Below are positions 1 to 9,190 of a DNA stretch of 24,000 nucleotides, piece by piece. The number at the start of each line of letters is the position of its first letter. Positions within the stretch are counted from its first letter, which is position 1. The stretch covers positions 116,547-140,546 of the forward strand of contig JACRJT010000021.1 of NCBI GenBank assembly GCA_016215465.1. The letters run 5' to 3'. The notes beneath the pieces were generated by a model. The model was not told the origin of the DNA. It ran no database searches and saw only the letters and a program-made list of their open reading frames with translations. A program made the translations under genes and the position numbers. This DNA comes from Nitrososphaerota archaeon. GTDB taxonomy: Archaea > Thermoproteota > Nitrososphaeria > Nitrososphaerales > Nitrosopumilaceae.

Positions 1-1
1 A

Positions 2-1096
2 AAACTAATCTCAGAAGATAGTGGTGTACTCTCAAAATTAGTAGTTGATGCAGTGTTAAGGGTCGCAGAAAAGAAAGGAGACGAGTATGTTGTTGACCTT
101 GACAATATCAAAGTTGAAAAAAAGACAGGCGGTTCAATCCAAAATACCGAACTGGTAAAAGGAATCGTTCTTGACAAAGAAGTAGTCCACAGCGGTATGC
201 CGACCAAAGTCGAGGGTGCAAAGATCGCACTACTAAATGCCGCACTAGAAGTTGAAAAAACAGAAATGAGTGCTGAAATTAGAATTACTGACCCGACTCA
301 AATGCAAATGTTTCTAGAGGAAGAAAACAGGATGCTAAAATCAATGGTTGACAAGTTGCAAAAAATCGGCGTAAATGTTTTGATCTGTCAAAAAGGAATT
401 GATGATATCGCACAACACTATTTGGCAAAATACGGAATTCTGTCTGTAAGGCGAGTCAAAGAAAGCGACATGACAAAGCTTGGAAAGGCAACAGGCGGTA
501 GAATCACAACAAATCTTGATGATATAACAGACAAGGACTTGGGCCATGCAGACTTGGTGCACCAAAAGAAAGTAGAATCAGACAAGTGGGTATTTGTCGA
601 GGGATGCAAAAATCCAAAGTCTGTCACAGTTCTCGTAAGGGGCGGCTCACAAAGAGTGGTGGATGAAGCAGACAGATCACTTCATGATGCACTCATGGTA
701 GTAAAGGACGTAATTGAAAAGCCGGCAATTGTTGCAGGAGGAGGCGCACCAGAAGCATATTTGGCCTCCCAGCTAAAGGAATGGTCAGATAATTTTGAGG
801 GAAGAGAACAACTTGCCATTCGAAAATATGCAGAGGCACTAGAAGTAATCCCACTTACAATTGCAGAAAATGCGGGAATGGATCCAATTGATACCATGAC
901 AAGCCTTAGGGCAAAGCAAAACAGCGGAAGAAAATGGGTAGGAATCAACGCAAAAGAAGGCAAAATCGATGACATGTTTGTATTGAATATTGTAGAACCC
1001 GTCGCCGTAAAGGAGCACATCTCCAAATCTGCAACCGAGGCAGCATGCATGATTCTTAGAATAGATGACGTGATTGCTGTTTCCGGCAAAAGGTAA
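2..1096 (+). CDS. ths: Thermosome (group II chaperonin) subunit, 5'-truncated by the window edge
   Basis: The frame is open from nt 2 (KLISEDSGVLSKLVVDAVLRV...), so the listed Met at 53 is internal. Typical group II chaperonin blocks are present: LICQKGIDDIAQHYLAKYGI, VLVRGGSQRVVDEADRSLHDAL, IVAGGGAPE, AENAGMDPID. Stop is TAA at 1094-1096. Confidence 0.95.
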   Translation, partial: KLISEDSGVLSKLVVDAVLRVAEKKGDEYVVDLDNIKVEKKTGGSIQNTELVKGIVLDKEVVHSGMPTKVEGAKIALLNAALEVEKTEMSAEIRITDPTQMQMFLEEENRMLKSMVDKLQKIGVNVLICQKGIDDIAQHYLAKYGILSVRRVKESDMTKLGKATGGRITTNLDDITDKDLGHADLVHQKKVESDKWVFVEGCKNPKSVTVLVRGGSQRVVDEADRSLHDALMVVKDVIEKPAIVAGGGAPEAYLASQLKEWSDNFEGREQLAIRKYAEALEVIPLTIAENAGMDPIDTMTSLRAKQNSGRKWVGINAKEGKIDDMFVLNIVEPVAVKEHISKSATEAACMILRIDDVIAVSGKR

Positions 1097-1134
1097 CTAA
1101 AAAACTTCAAAACATATCTCTGATATCACTTTGT

Positions 1135-2001
1135 GTGTACAAGGTTGGAATTGATCTAGGCGGAACTAAAATCGAGGGAATCTGTCTTGATGAAAAATCT
1201 AAGATAATTGAGAGAAAACGAGTCCCAACAAATCAACAAGAAGGTTACAAGTCAATTCTAAATTCAATATCTGTACTGGTGACTGATATTACAAAAAACG
1301 CTTCGGACTATACCATTGGAATATGCACACCTGGTGCGATCTCAAAAAAGACTGACATGATCAAAAACAGCAATACCCAATGTCTTATTGGAATGCCGCT
1401 GAAAAATGATCTAGAAAAAATACTTGGGAAAAAAATAGCAATGGAAAATGATGCAAACTGCTTTGCACTGGCAGAGGCAACCTTAGGTGCGGCAGTTGGA
1501 TATCATATGGTATTTGGGGTGATAATGGGAACAGGTGTTGGTGGTGGAATCATAATTGATGGGAAAATACACCGGGGAAGAACAAATATTGCTGGAGAAT
1601 GGGGCCATCACACATTACATCAAAATGGCAACAAGTGCTATTGTGGAAAATCAGGCTGTGTTGAGACCTATATCAGCGGGCCTGCCTTGGAGGAAAGATG
1701 GTTCAAAATAACAGGAAAAAAGGAACCACTTGCAACCATTATTCAGAATCTTGATGGTACTGGCGGCCAGATATGGAAGAAAGAATTTCTTGATAACTTT
1801 GGAGTCGGACTTGCAAACGTAATTGACATTTTGGATCCTGATGCCATAGTCCTTGGTGGGGGCATATCAAACATTGATTTTCTGTACACCGATGGGCGTG
1901 ATTCTGTATATGATAGAGTGTTTAGTGATTTAGTGGATACTCCGATTCTCAAAAACAAGCTTGGTGATTCTGCTGGAGTATTTGGCGCAGCACTACTTTA
2001 G
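1135..2001 (+). CDS. ROK-family sugar kinase (NagK/Mak/glucokinase-like)
   Basis: GTG start. N-terminal ATPase motif GIDLGGTKIE, plus ENDANCFALAE and GTGVGGG. ROK zinc motif GHHTLHQNGNKCYCGKSGCVETY. Collinear along its length with E. coli NagK-type kinases. Substrate cannot be assigned from sequence. Confidence 0.85.
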   Translation: MYKVGIDLGGTKIEGICLDEKSKIIERKRVPTNQQEGYKSILNSISVLVTDITKNASDYTIGICTPGAISKKTDMIKNSNTQCLIGMPLKNDLEKILGKKIAMENDANCFALAEATLGAAVGYHMVFGVIMGTGVGGGIIIDGKIHRGRTNIAGEWGHHTLHQNGNKCYCGKSGCVETYISGPALEERWFKITGKKEPLATIIQNLDGTGGQIWKKEFLDNFGVGLANVIDILDPDAIVLGGGISNIDFLYTDGRDSVYDRVFSDLVDTPILKNKLGDSAGVFGAALL

Positions 2002-2258
2002 GTTGGGCAGCCTTCCATCTTTTGGATGTAAAAACCGTTTGTCATAATTTCAATTTCAATTTCGTCTGGGACGATTTCAGAATGGCAAAAATGACACTCT
2101 TCCGTTGTGATTTTGGTGTCTTGTTCGCCTATTGAAGATAACCACTTTTTTGCATACTCGACTGCCTTTTGACTGTCTTTAGAGTCTGTGATTACATCAA
2201 AGTGAATCGTATGTCCATCTTTTGCTTTTACGTACGTATCAAAGACATGAACTTTCAT
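1998..2258 (-). CDS. Small conserved protein, DUF2024-like
   Basis: 86 aa. The pattern MKVHVFDTYVKAKDG..IHFDV...C.FCHSE...GFYIQKMEGC matches my memory of the DUF2024 family. The stop overlaps the convergent ROK kinase stop by 4 nt. Confidence 0.5.
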   Translation of the reverse strand: MKVHVFDTYVKAKDGHTIHFDVITDSKDSQKAVEYAKKWLSSIGEQDTKITTEECHFCHSEIVPDEIEIEIMTNGFYIQKMEGCPT

Positions 2259-2305
2259 AAGATGTTTGAATCTTGTCTATTTTTATTTTTTATTGAACGA
2301 TAAAA

Positions 2306-2716
2306 TTAAAAATTTTCGTAGGCATAATACGCCATCTGTCTTACTCTATCCAACAACAAACTGCATGTTTTTTTGGTGTCCTCAACACCTTCTTTAAAAA
2401 TAACCTCCCCTGTAACATCTTTCAATAAAAAATCAAACATTGTATCGTCTTTGATTTTTCGGTATTCTTTTTCATACCATATTAGAAAATTGATTGCATC
2501 TATTTTCCCAAGTCTTTTTGCGCTTTTCTTGAATTTTCCCAAGCTCACATGCTTCAACTTGAAATCAAATTTTGAATTGTATTCCTCAAGAAGATGTGTA
2601 AATACATCCTGTATGGTTTTTGCAAAAAGATTTAGATCTGATTGGAATTCTGTAGTATTTGATCCCAATCGGTTAAGGATGATTTCTGCTTCATTGATTT
2701 TTCTTATCGCCGTCAT
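2306..2716 (-). CDS. Hypothetical protein (136 aa, no recognisable domain)
   Basis: Clean ORF with ATG start and coding-like composition. The overlapping + strand ORF 2373..2744 is low-complexity S/F/L-rich, typical of an antisense shadow. No motif recognised. Confidence 0.55.
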   Translation of the reverse strand: MTAIRKINEAEIILNRLGSNTTEFQSDLNLFAKTIQDVFTHLLEEYNSKFDFKLKHVSLGKFKKSAKRLGKIDAINFLIWYEKEYRKIKDDTMFDFLLKDVTGEVIFKEGVEDTKKTCSLLLDRVRQMAYYAYENF

Positions 2717-2780
2717 AAGTCTGATCTATATGCTAAAATCATAAAATTATTCCTAATTACGTGTTACTCGCATTTAGTTT

Positions 2781-3236
2781 TTAGGGTTTGTTTAATACTA
2801 CTATCTTTAGATCAATTTCTGCTTTTTCCACAACTATTTTAGCAGCTTCTACTGCTTGTTGTTTTGTACTGTTTGAACTATCTCTAAGCAAGGCCCTGTT
2901 TGCAAGATTAAGATCTTCTTTCGCTTGTTTTAAATTTGCCTTTGCCTCACTTAGTGCGGTTGCATAGGCTGCATTTATCGCATCGACGTCTGCTTGTGTC
3001 GTTGCCGTTGATTTTGTCTTACTGACCGTATTGGCTGTAGCTGAAGAATCTAATTTTTTCTTGGCTTCTTCATGATTTTCGTTCTGAATGACTCTTTCTT
3101 TTTTTAATAATTCTTCTTCCCTTTCGGCTGCCTTTTTTCTTGCTTCACTGTATTTTCCCTCTGCTGATGAAACAACTTGAGATAACAGCATCACGCTTGC
3201 AAAAATCACAAATGCCGTCAGAAATATTTTGTTCAT
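2781..3236 (-). CDS. Secreted or membrane-anchored coiled-coil protein (hypothetical)
   Basis: The N-terminus MNKIFLTAFVIFASVMLLSQVVSSAEG looks like a signal peptide or anchor. The rest is charged and heptad-like (KKAAEREEELLKKE, LKQAKEDLNLANRAL). Confidence 0.6.
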   Translation of the reverse strand: MNKIFLTAFVIFASVMLLSQVVSSAEGKYSEARKKAAEREEELLKKERVIQNENHEEAKKKLDSSATANTVSKTKSTATTQADVDAINAAYATALSEAKANLKQAKEDLNLANRALLRDSSNSTKQQAVEAAKIVVEKAEIDLKIVVLNKP

Positions 3237-3475
3237 TTATTCCTGACACCAATCCATTATGCCAGTTACTAACAAAACTGACATGTTTTGTGATAATGTC
3301 ATAGTATTACTCTTGGGATATTTTCTATATGCGTTTGTTCATTTGGTTTAAACGATCAAATTTATCAAAACCTTAAAACTAGATGTGAGAACATTTGATG
3401 CCTTGTAATAATGACCGATTACAAAAACTTGAGCGTATTTTTATTTAGATGTAATCCTCAAACTACAAACTATTT

Positions 3476-4999
3476 TTACTGTGGCTCGATGGTGGCCGGT
3501 GGCTTGCTTGATATCACATATGAAACCCACGTTACTTCGTCAATTTCATTTGTGATTCGATTGCTTATTTTTGCCAGTAAATCATGCGGGAGCCTTGTCC
3601 AGTCCGCAGTCATTGCGTCAATTGATTCTACTACTCTAATCATTACGATATTCCCATATTTTCTTTCATCGCCTACTACTCCCACCGCTTTATCGTCTCC
3701 AACTGCAGCATATGCCTGCCAGATCTTGTCGTACCAGCCTGCCGCTTCTAACTCATCTTCTACAATTTTGCTTGCAACCTTGGAAATCTCTAATTTCTTT
3801 TCTGTGACCTCACCGATTATTCGTACTGCAAGGCCGGGCCCTGGAAATGGATGGCGAGAAAATAATTTCTTTGAAACACCAAGTATTGCGGCAACCTTTC
3901 TTACTTCGTCTTTGTACAAATCACGCAACGGCTCAAGTATTTGGAGGTCAAGCCAATCAGGCAAACCGCCAACATTGTGATGCGTTTTGATTATGGCAGC
4001 AGGTCCTTTTGAGACTCCACTTTCTATAACATCTGGGTACAACGTTCCTTGTGCAAGCCATTTGAAGGGACCGTTTTTCTCTGCAAATTCTGTAAAGATT
4101 TTTATAAATTCCTCACCTACTATTTTTCTCTTTTTCTCAGGGTCTGTCACTCCTTTGAGCTTGTCTAAGAATTGCCTCTTTGCATTAATTGCGGTAAAGT
4201 TGACGGAAAAATTGTCCTTGAACATTTTTTCTATTTCGTGTTCCTCATTTAGTCTAAGAAGACCGTTATCCACAAAGACACACTTTAGCCTGTCTCCTAC
4301 TGCTTTATGAATTAAAAGTGCGGCAACAGTTGAATCAATTCCGCCGCTTACTCCGCACAGGACATTCCCATCAATTTTTGAAATGTCACCTACTGTTTTC
4401 TCAACAAAGCTTTCCATTGTCCAGTCCTGTTTTGCGTGACAAATGTTTAGAACAAAGTTCTTGAGAATCTGAACCCCTCTTTCAGTGTGGACCACTTCTG
4501 GATGAAATTGGATGCCGTACACTGACTCTTGCTTATTTGCAATGGCAGCTGCTTGAGAGCGTTCGGTGTGACCTATTATCTGAAAATTATCTGGAATTTT
4601 TTCTGCCTCATCTCCATGACTCATCCATGCCCTAAGAGAATCACCAATTCCGCCAAGCAAGTCAGAATTGTTGTCTATTGTAAGTACCGAGTGCCCATAT
4701 TCTTTGTTTGCACGCTTTACCCTTCCGCCAAAATTATCCACTATCAGCTGATGGCCATAACAAATTCCAAGAAGCGGCAGTTTCATTTGAAAAATTGCAG
4801 AGTCCGGCTTTGGGGCATCAGTGTTGTATACACTTGATGGCCCGCCAGAAAATATCACCCCTTTTGGGTTTAGCTCCTTTAGCTTGTCAATTGAAATGTC
4901 ATATGGAACAAGCTCGGCATACACTGAGAATTCCCTAATGCGTCTGCAGATCAAATGGCTATACTGAGAGCCAAAATCCAGTACTACTATTCTATCCAT
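3476..4999 (-). CDS. guaA: GMP synthase (glutamine-hydrolysing), fused GATase + ATP-pyrophosphatase
   Basis: GATase block IVVLDFGSQYSHLICRRIRE, catalytic GICYGHQL, and QFHPEVVHTE. PP-loop SGGIDSTVAA. C-terminal dimerisation region with conserved ...KTHHNVGGLP... and the terminal PPATIEPQ. Confidence 0.95.
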   Translation of the reverse strand: MDRIVVLDFGSQYSHLICRRIREFSVYAELVPYDISIDKLKELNPKGVIFSGGPSSVYNTDAPKPDSAIFQMKLPLLGICYGHQLIVDNFGGRVKRANKEYGHSVLTIDNNSDLLGGIGDSLRAWMSHGDEAEKIPDNFQIIGHTERSQAAAIANKQESVYGIQFHPEVVHTERGVQILKNFVLNICHAKQDWTMESFVEKTVGDISKIDGNVLCGVSGGIDSTVAALLIHKAVGDRLKCVFVDNGLLRLNEEHEIEKMFKDNFSVNFTAINAKRQFLDKLKGVTDPEKKRKIVGEEFIKIFTEFAEKNGPFKWLAQGTLYPDVIESGVSKGPAAIIKTHHNVGGLPDWLDLQILEPLRDLYKDEVRKVAAILGVSKKLFSRHPFPGPGLAVRIIGEVTEKKLEISKVASKIVEDELEAAGWYDKIWQAYAAVGDDKAVGVVGDERKYGNIVMIRVVESIDAMTADWTRLPHDLLAKISNRITNEIDEVTWVSYVISSKPPATIEPQ

Positions 5000-5003
5000 T
5001 GTA

Positions 5004-5552
5004 TCACTTTGTGTTTTCTATCATTTTTGAAAATGACCATGCCGCTGTGTTTACTATCTCGTTGACTCTTTCCTTTTGACGATAATTTTTGATTATTATT
5101 TCGCGCAGTAATATGCCATCTTTATTTACCAAACAGTCAATTATGGAATTCTCCCCAATGTCACCTTTTTCAAATTCTATCATGTCTTTTCTTTTCATCT
5201 CGCCTATTATTCTCTCCAAGAAAAATGATTTGAATGGATGCGAATCCTCTTTGAGCTCAATTCCATCTTCTACTATGATTGACACCTGTTCCGGTGTGAC
5301 GTATGCGTTTGCTATCAGGGATCCGTCAGTGTTTTTTTTCAGCGGAATTGTGTAATCAGTGGATTTGGGCTTTGGCTCTGGACTATCCCTTAGTGAGGAT
5401 GCTTTTGTGAAACTCTGCTGTTTTAGTACGGAATTTATCAAAACTAGGTTTCGCTCAAGTATTTCAATTTCCTCTTTGTGTTTTTCTATTTGAGCTGAAA
5501 TGCGATCTCTGAGTTCAAGTGCGTCCTTTACTTGTTCTTCTGAGAACTCCAT
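5004..5552 (-). CDS. Hypothetical protein (182 aa, N-terminal coiled coil), 4 nt upstream of guaA
   Basis: ATG start with a coding-like acidic and basic mix. Its stop lies 4 nt from the guaA start, suggesting co-transcription. No domain recognised. Confidence 0.6.
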   Translation of the reverse strand: MEFSEEQVKDALELRDRISAQIEKHKEEIEILERNLVLINSVLKQQSFTKASSLRDSPEPKPKSTDYTIPLKKNTDGSLIANAYVTPEQVSIIVEDGIELKEDSHPFKSFFLERIIGEMKRKDMIEFEKGDIGENSIIDCLVNKDGILLREIIIKNYRQKERVNEIVNTAAWSFSKMIENTK

Positions 5553-5594
5553 AATTGACCTGACGTGTCAACGGTATTAAAATGCATTCCAGCA

Positions 5595-6329
5595 TCAGAT
5601 ATTGAGCTCAAGATTCCTGTAAGTGATTTTCTTAAATCCCTTGATTGGTTTTGACAGTGTAAAAAATTCCGATTTGCTTTTTGTGGCCAGCCATTCTAGG
5701 AGTGATTTGCCATACTTGAGCTTTTTTCTTTTGGTTTTTTTATCTGCATTATTTGTTTTTGAATATTTTCCAATTCTTGTTCCAAAATCCATCCCAAACA
5801 AAACTATTTTCTTTGCACCAAAATGGCTTGCCAAAAATACACATCTGTCCCCATCAGTAAAACCGCCAAAATTACAAATTTTTCCAATTTCTTTTGTCTG
5901 GGTTGTACCAATACAGTTTTTGAAGTTTCTTACAAAATCCAACCTATCTGCATTGTCTCCATGTGCATGGACCACAAATACGGTGTTTGTTTTTTTAATT
6001 TTCTCTAGTAATTCTAAATCTCCGTCAAGATCAGTTACAACTATTTTCGGCCTAATTCCGTTTTGAATCAGAAAGGTTACTGCGCCGTCGGCACATATCA
6101 TAACTATGTCTTTGTACTTTTTTAGCGTATCAATTGATGATTGCAGAGATGGGCCTGCTCCAATAACAAAAACTGTTTTACCGCAAACCATTTTTTTCAG
6201 CCTAGTTGGAGAAAATCTTTTTTTTATGATGGAATCAAGTAAAACTGCAGAGTCTTGATCGTCTTTTTTACTGTAACCAAACTCGCGTGATATCTGCTCA
6301 TACTTAGAATTCCAGCCTGAAATTGTCAA
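5595..6329 (-). CDS. mptE: Archaeal 6-hydroxymethyl-7,8-dihydropterin pyrophosphokinase, MptE-like (DUF115 family)
   Basis: TTG start. Family-typical blocks VFVIGAGPSL, IVVTDLDGD, VHAHGDN and GGFTDGDRCVFLASHFGAKKIVLFGMDFG. Divergently paired with folP, the next pathway step. Confidence 0.75.
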   Translation of the reverse strand: MTISGWNSKYEQISREFGYSKKDDQDSAVLLDSIIKKRFSPTRLKKMVCGKTVFVIGAGPSLQSSIDTLKKYKDIVMICADGAVTFLIQNGIRPKIVVTDLDGDLELLEKIKKTNTVFVVHAHGDNADRLDFVRNFKNCIGTTQTKEIGKICNFGGFTDGDRCVFLASHFGAKKIVLFGMDFGTRIGKYSKTNNADKKTKRKKLKYGKSLLEWLATKSKSEFFTLSKPIKGFKKITYRNLELNI

Positions 6330-6365
6330 TCAACTCTAAAATTAGCATGCTTTATCATAAATCAT

Positions 6366-7232
6366 GTGAACGAACTAGGTCCGGTAAGTGTGGGCGGCAC
6401 AAACCCTGTAAGAATAATGGGAATACTAAATACGAGCCCGGAATCATTCTATAAAAAATCCATCAAAAAAGGCAAAGAAATCGCACATACAGTCCAGCAA
6501 ATGGAACAGGATGGAGCAGATTTTGTTGACGTTGGTGCCATGTCAACTGCACCATACCTTACAACCGTAATATCTGAAAAACAAGAAATCAAAAGAATAA
6601 CTGACGCAATAAGACAAATCCAAAATGCGTCAAATTTGCCAATCTCAGTTGACACCTGCAGGGCAGGTGTGGCAAAGGCCGCACTTGATCTTGGGGCGGA
6701 TATAATCAATGATGTAACTGGTCTCAAATACGACAAAGAAATGATAAACATAATTGCAAAGAATCAGCCCTCGCTTGTCTTGTGCGCATATGGAAAAAAA
6801 CCACTCAAAGGCAATCTCATCACACAAACAAAGTTACTTCTAAAAGAAAGCATAATGCTTGCAAAGTCTGAAGGTATCCCAACAAAAAAAATCGCGCTTG
6901 ATCCCGCAATCGGGTTTTTTAGGAAAACTGGGAAAAATCCGTTTTATACCAAGATAAATTCAGACTGGTACAAAAGAGATCTGGAGATTTTACAAAACCT
7001 CCAAGCCGTAAAATTGAATTTTCCAATTCTCGTTTCAGTCTCAAACAAGTCATTTATTGGGAAAATTCTCAACAGGCAAGACCCATCTGATCGTATCTTT
7101 GGCTCTATTGCAGCCGAAGTAATTTCCGTCCTAAACGGAGCAGACATAATACGAACGCACAATGTAAGGCAAACAAAAGACGCAATAACAATCGCAGAAA
7201 AATTTTCAAGGAAATCCAAGAAAGGCTTATAA
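6366..7232 (+). CDS. folP: Dihydropteroate synthase
   Basis: GTG start. DHPS pterin-binding motifs: GILNTSPESF, DFVDVGAMSTAP, ISVDT, DIINDVTGL, SVSNKSFIG, GADIIRTHNV. Confidence 0.9.
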   Translation: MNELGPVSVGGTNPVRIMGILNTSPESFYKKSIKKGKEIAHTVQQMEQDGADFVDVGAMSTAPYLTTVISEKQEIKRITDAIRQIQNASNLPISVDTCRAGVAKAALDLGADIINDVTGLKYDKEMINIIAKNQPSLVLCAYGKKPLKGNLITQTKLLLKESIMLAKSEGIPTKKIALDPAIGFFRKTGKNPFYTKINSDWYKRDLEILQNLQAVKLNFPILVSVSNKSFIGKILNRQDPSDRIFGSIAAEVISVLNGADIIRTHNVRQTKDAITIAEKFSRKSKKGL

Positions 7233-7263
7233 CGCATTCCACTTCTCTTTCCTAAGGGTTTAC

Positions 7264-8691
7264 TTGGAAATAAGAGAAGGATTAACTTTTGACGATGTTC
7301 TTCTTGTGCCAAAATATTCTAACATTACCACAAGATCACAGACCGATCTTAAAACAAAACTCTCAAAAAATATCTCGCTTAACATTCCGCTGATTTCGGC
7401 AAACATGGATACTGTCACAGAATCTGCAATGGCGTCTGCCATGGCAAGAGAGGGCGGTATTGGGATAATTCACAGATTTTTAACAGTTGAGGAGGAAGTA
7501 GAAGAGGTTCTAAAGGTAAAGAGATCAGCAAGCATTATCATAGAAAAACCATATGTTGTCAACCCAGACCAGTCAATTCGAGACGCAATTGCATACATGA
7601 CTGAAAAGGGCGTTTCTGGCCTTTTGGTTGTAAGCGACTCAAAACTTGTTGGCATACTGACAGGACGCGACGTTATGTTTGAATCCGAGTCAAACCGTCT
7701 CGTGAAGGATGTGATGACAAGGGATGTCATAACAGCAAAGCCTGGAATATCTTTGGTCGAGGCAAAAGAGGCACTCAGAAAACACCGAATAGAAAAGCTT
7801 CCATTGATAGATGATACTGGATCAGTCAAGGGACTCATAACAAGCAAAGACATTACACACAATGAGAATTATCCAAACGCGTCAAAGGACAAAAAGGGAA
7901 GGCCGCTGGTCGGGGCAGCAGTTGGCGTTAAAGGTGATTTTATGGAAAGAACCGAGGCATTGCTTGAGGCAGACGCCGATGTCATTGTGGTAGACATAGC
8001 ACACGGTCATAGTGAAAACGCAATCAACACCGTAAGACTAATCAAAAAAGCATTTCCAAACTGTGAACTAATTGCAGGAAACGTCGCAACTGCAAGGGGC
8101 ACGGAAGATCTGATAAAAGCAGGAGTTGATGCAATCAAAGTTGGCGTCGGCTCCGGCTCCATTTGCATTACCCGAGTAATTACTGGCTCTGGCGTGCCAC
8201 AACTAAGTGCCGTATATGACTGCGCAGAAATGGGCAAAAAATATGGTATCCCAATAATTTCAGACGGTGGCACAAGAACATCTGGTGATGTCACAAAGGC
8301 ATTAGCTGCTGGCGCATCCACAGTTATGATAGGAAGTCTTTTTGGGGGAACCGATGAGAGCCCCGGCTCGTATGTGATGAAAAACGGAAAACGATACAAA
8401 ATCTATAGGGGCATGGCCTCGTTTATGGCAACACTTGGAAGAAAAACAAAGGAGGCAGGAAATGTAGCAAATGAGGACTTGAATGATTATGTGGCAGAGG
8501 GGGTAGAAGCAATGGTGCCCTACAAAGGAAGCGTCGCTGACATCATAATGCAGCTTACAGGCGGAGTGCGCTCAGGTCTGAGTTATTGCGGTGCAAACAC
8601 CATACTGCAGATGCAAGAAAATGCTGAATTTATCAAAATGTCCCGTGCGGGCTTTGCAGAAAGCCAGCCGCACGACGTTGACCTGATGTAA
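7264..8691 (+). CDS. guaB: IMP dehydrogenase with CBS-pair insertion
   Basis: TTG start. Motifs LTFDDVLLVP, ISANMDTVTE and GIGIIHR. Two CBS-like segments, catalytic loop VGVGSGSICITR, then IISDGG and GSLFGGTDESPG. Confidence 0.95.
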   Translation: MEIREGLTFDDVLLVPKYSNITTRSQTDLKTKLSKNISLNIPLISANMDTVTESAMASAMAREGGIGIIHRFLTVEEEVEEVLKVKRSASIIIEKPYVVNPDQSIRDAIAYMTEKGVSGLLVVSDSKLVGILTGRDVMFESESNRLVKDVMTRDVITAKPGISLVEAKEALRKHRIEKLPLIDDTGSVKGLITSKDITHNENYPNASKDKKGRPLVGAAVGVKGDFMERTEALLEADADVIVVDIAHGHSENAINTVRLIKKAFPNCELIAGNVATARGTEDLIKAGVDAIKVGVGSGSICITRVITGSGVPQLSAVYDCAEMGKKYGIPIISDGGTRTSGDVTKALAAGASTVMIGSLFGGTDESPGSYVMKNGKRYKIYRGMASFMATLGRKTKEAGNVANEDLNDYVAEGVEAMVPYKGSVADIIMQLTGGVRSGLSYCGANTILQMQENAEFIKMSRAGFAESQPHDVDLM

Positions 8692-8722
8692 GTTTTTAAT
8701 GTCATTAGGAATATAATTTTCT

Positions 8723-9190
8723 GTGCTCACAAGAACTACTATTATAGGAATTTGTATCGGGGCTGTAATCTTTGGGATCGGAGTAGCATCCATGATCTTA
8801 AATTCGCCATTTCTTCATACCGAAATCAAAGATCATACAATTGATGTTGAAAAAGTAGGTACATACGAATTTACTGCACCGAAAAGTTCACATCAACGAT
8901 TCACTGTAACCGGGGATAATTTTCACATAAAACTGACTACTCCGGGAGATGGAATTCAAAAAGACGAAGATTTTAAAAAAGAAATTACTTTTGATTGGTT
9001 TGTCTTGCAAGAGGGTACGAACAAAATTATAATTACCAATACTGGTCAATCAGAACTTAAATTTCATCATGAGTTTGAACGATATGGTGACTATCTCATT
9101 TTTGCACATAATATAATATTGATAACTACGGCTGTAATAATAATCGGATTTAGTGCAGCATTCAGCGTTAGAAAACCAAAAGGCTTCTAA
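8723..9190 (+). CDS. Hypothetical membrane protein (N- and C-terminal TM helices)
   Basis: GTG start. Hydrophobic segments TIIGICIGAVIFGIGVASMIL and IILITTAVIIIGFSAAF flank a beta-rich soluble middle. No family recognised. Confidence 0.55.
   Translation: MLTRTTIIGICIGAVIFGIGVASMILNSPFLHTEIKDHTIDVEKVGTYEFTAPKSSHQRFTVTGDNFHIKLTTPGDGIQKDEDFKKEITFDWFVLQEGTNKIIITNTGQSELKFHHEFERYGDYLIFAHNIILITTAVIIIGFSAAFSVRKPKGF

Noticed and set aside
682-1110. Long antisense ORFs opposite confidently identified genes. Examples: 682..1110(-), 3411..3980(+), 5623..6066(+), 7470..7862(-), 8007..8399(-), 15748..16383(-), 19076..19753(-), 20554..20895(-), 23252..23575(-).
   Set aside because: Each lies fully inside a gene with unmistakable family motifs on the other strand. 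Their products are low-complexity S/F/I/L/P-rich, as expected for shadow frames in AT-rich coding DNA.
3259-3351. 30-aa plus-strand ORF (MPVTNKTDMFCDNVIVLLLGYFLYAFVHLV) with a hydrophobic tail, in the 240-bp spacer between 2781..3236 and guaA.
   Set aside because: It is too short to separate from chance, and I have no conservation or expression evidence. Worth a look only if ribosome profiling or proteomics data exist.
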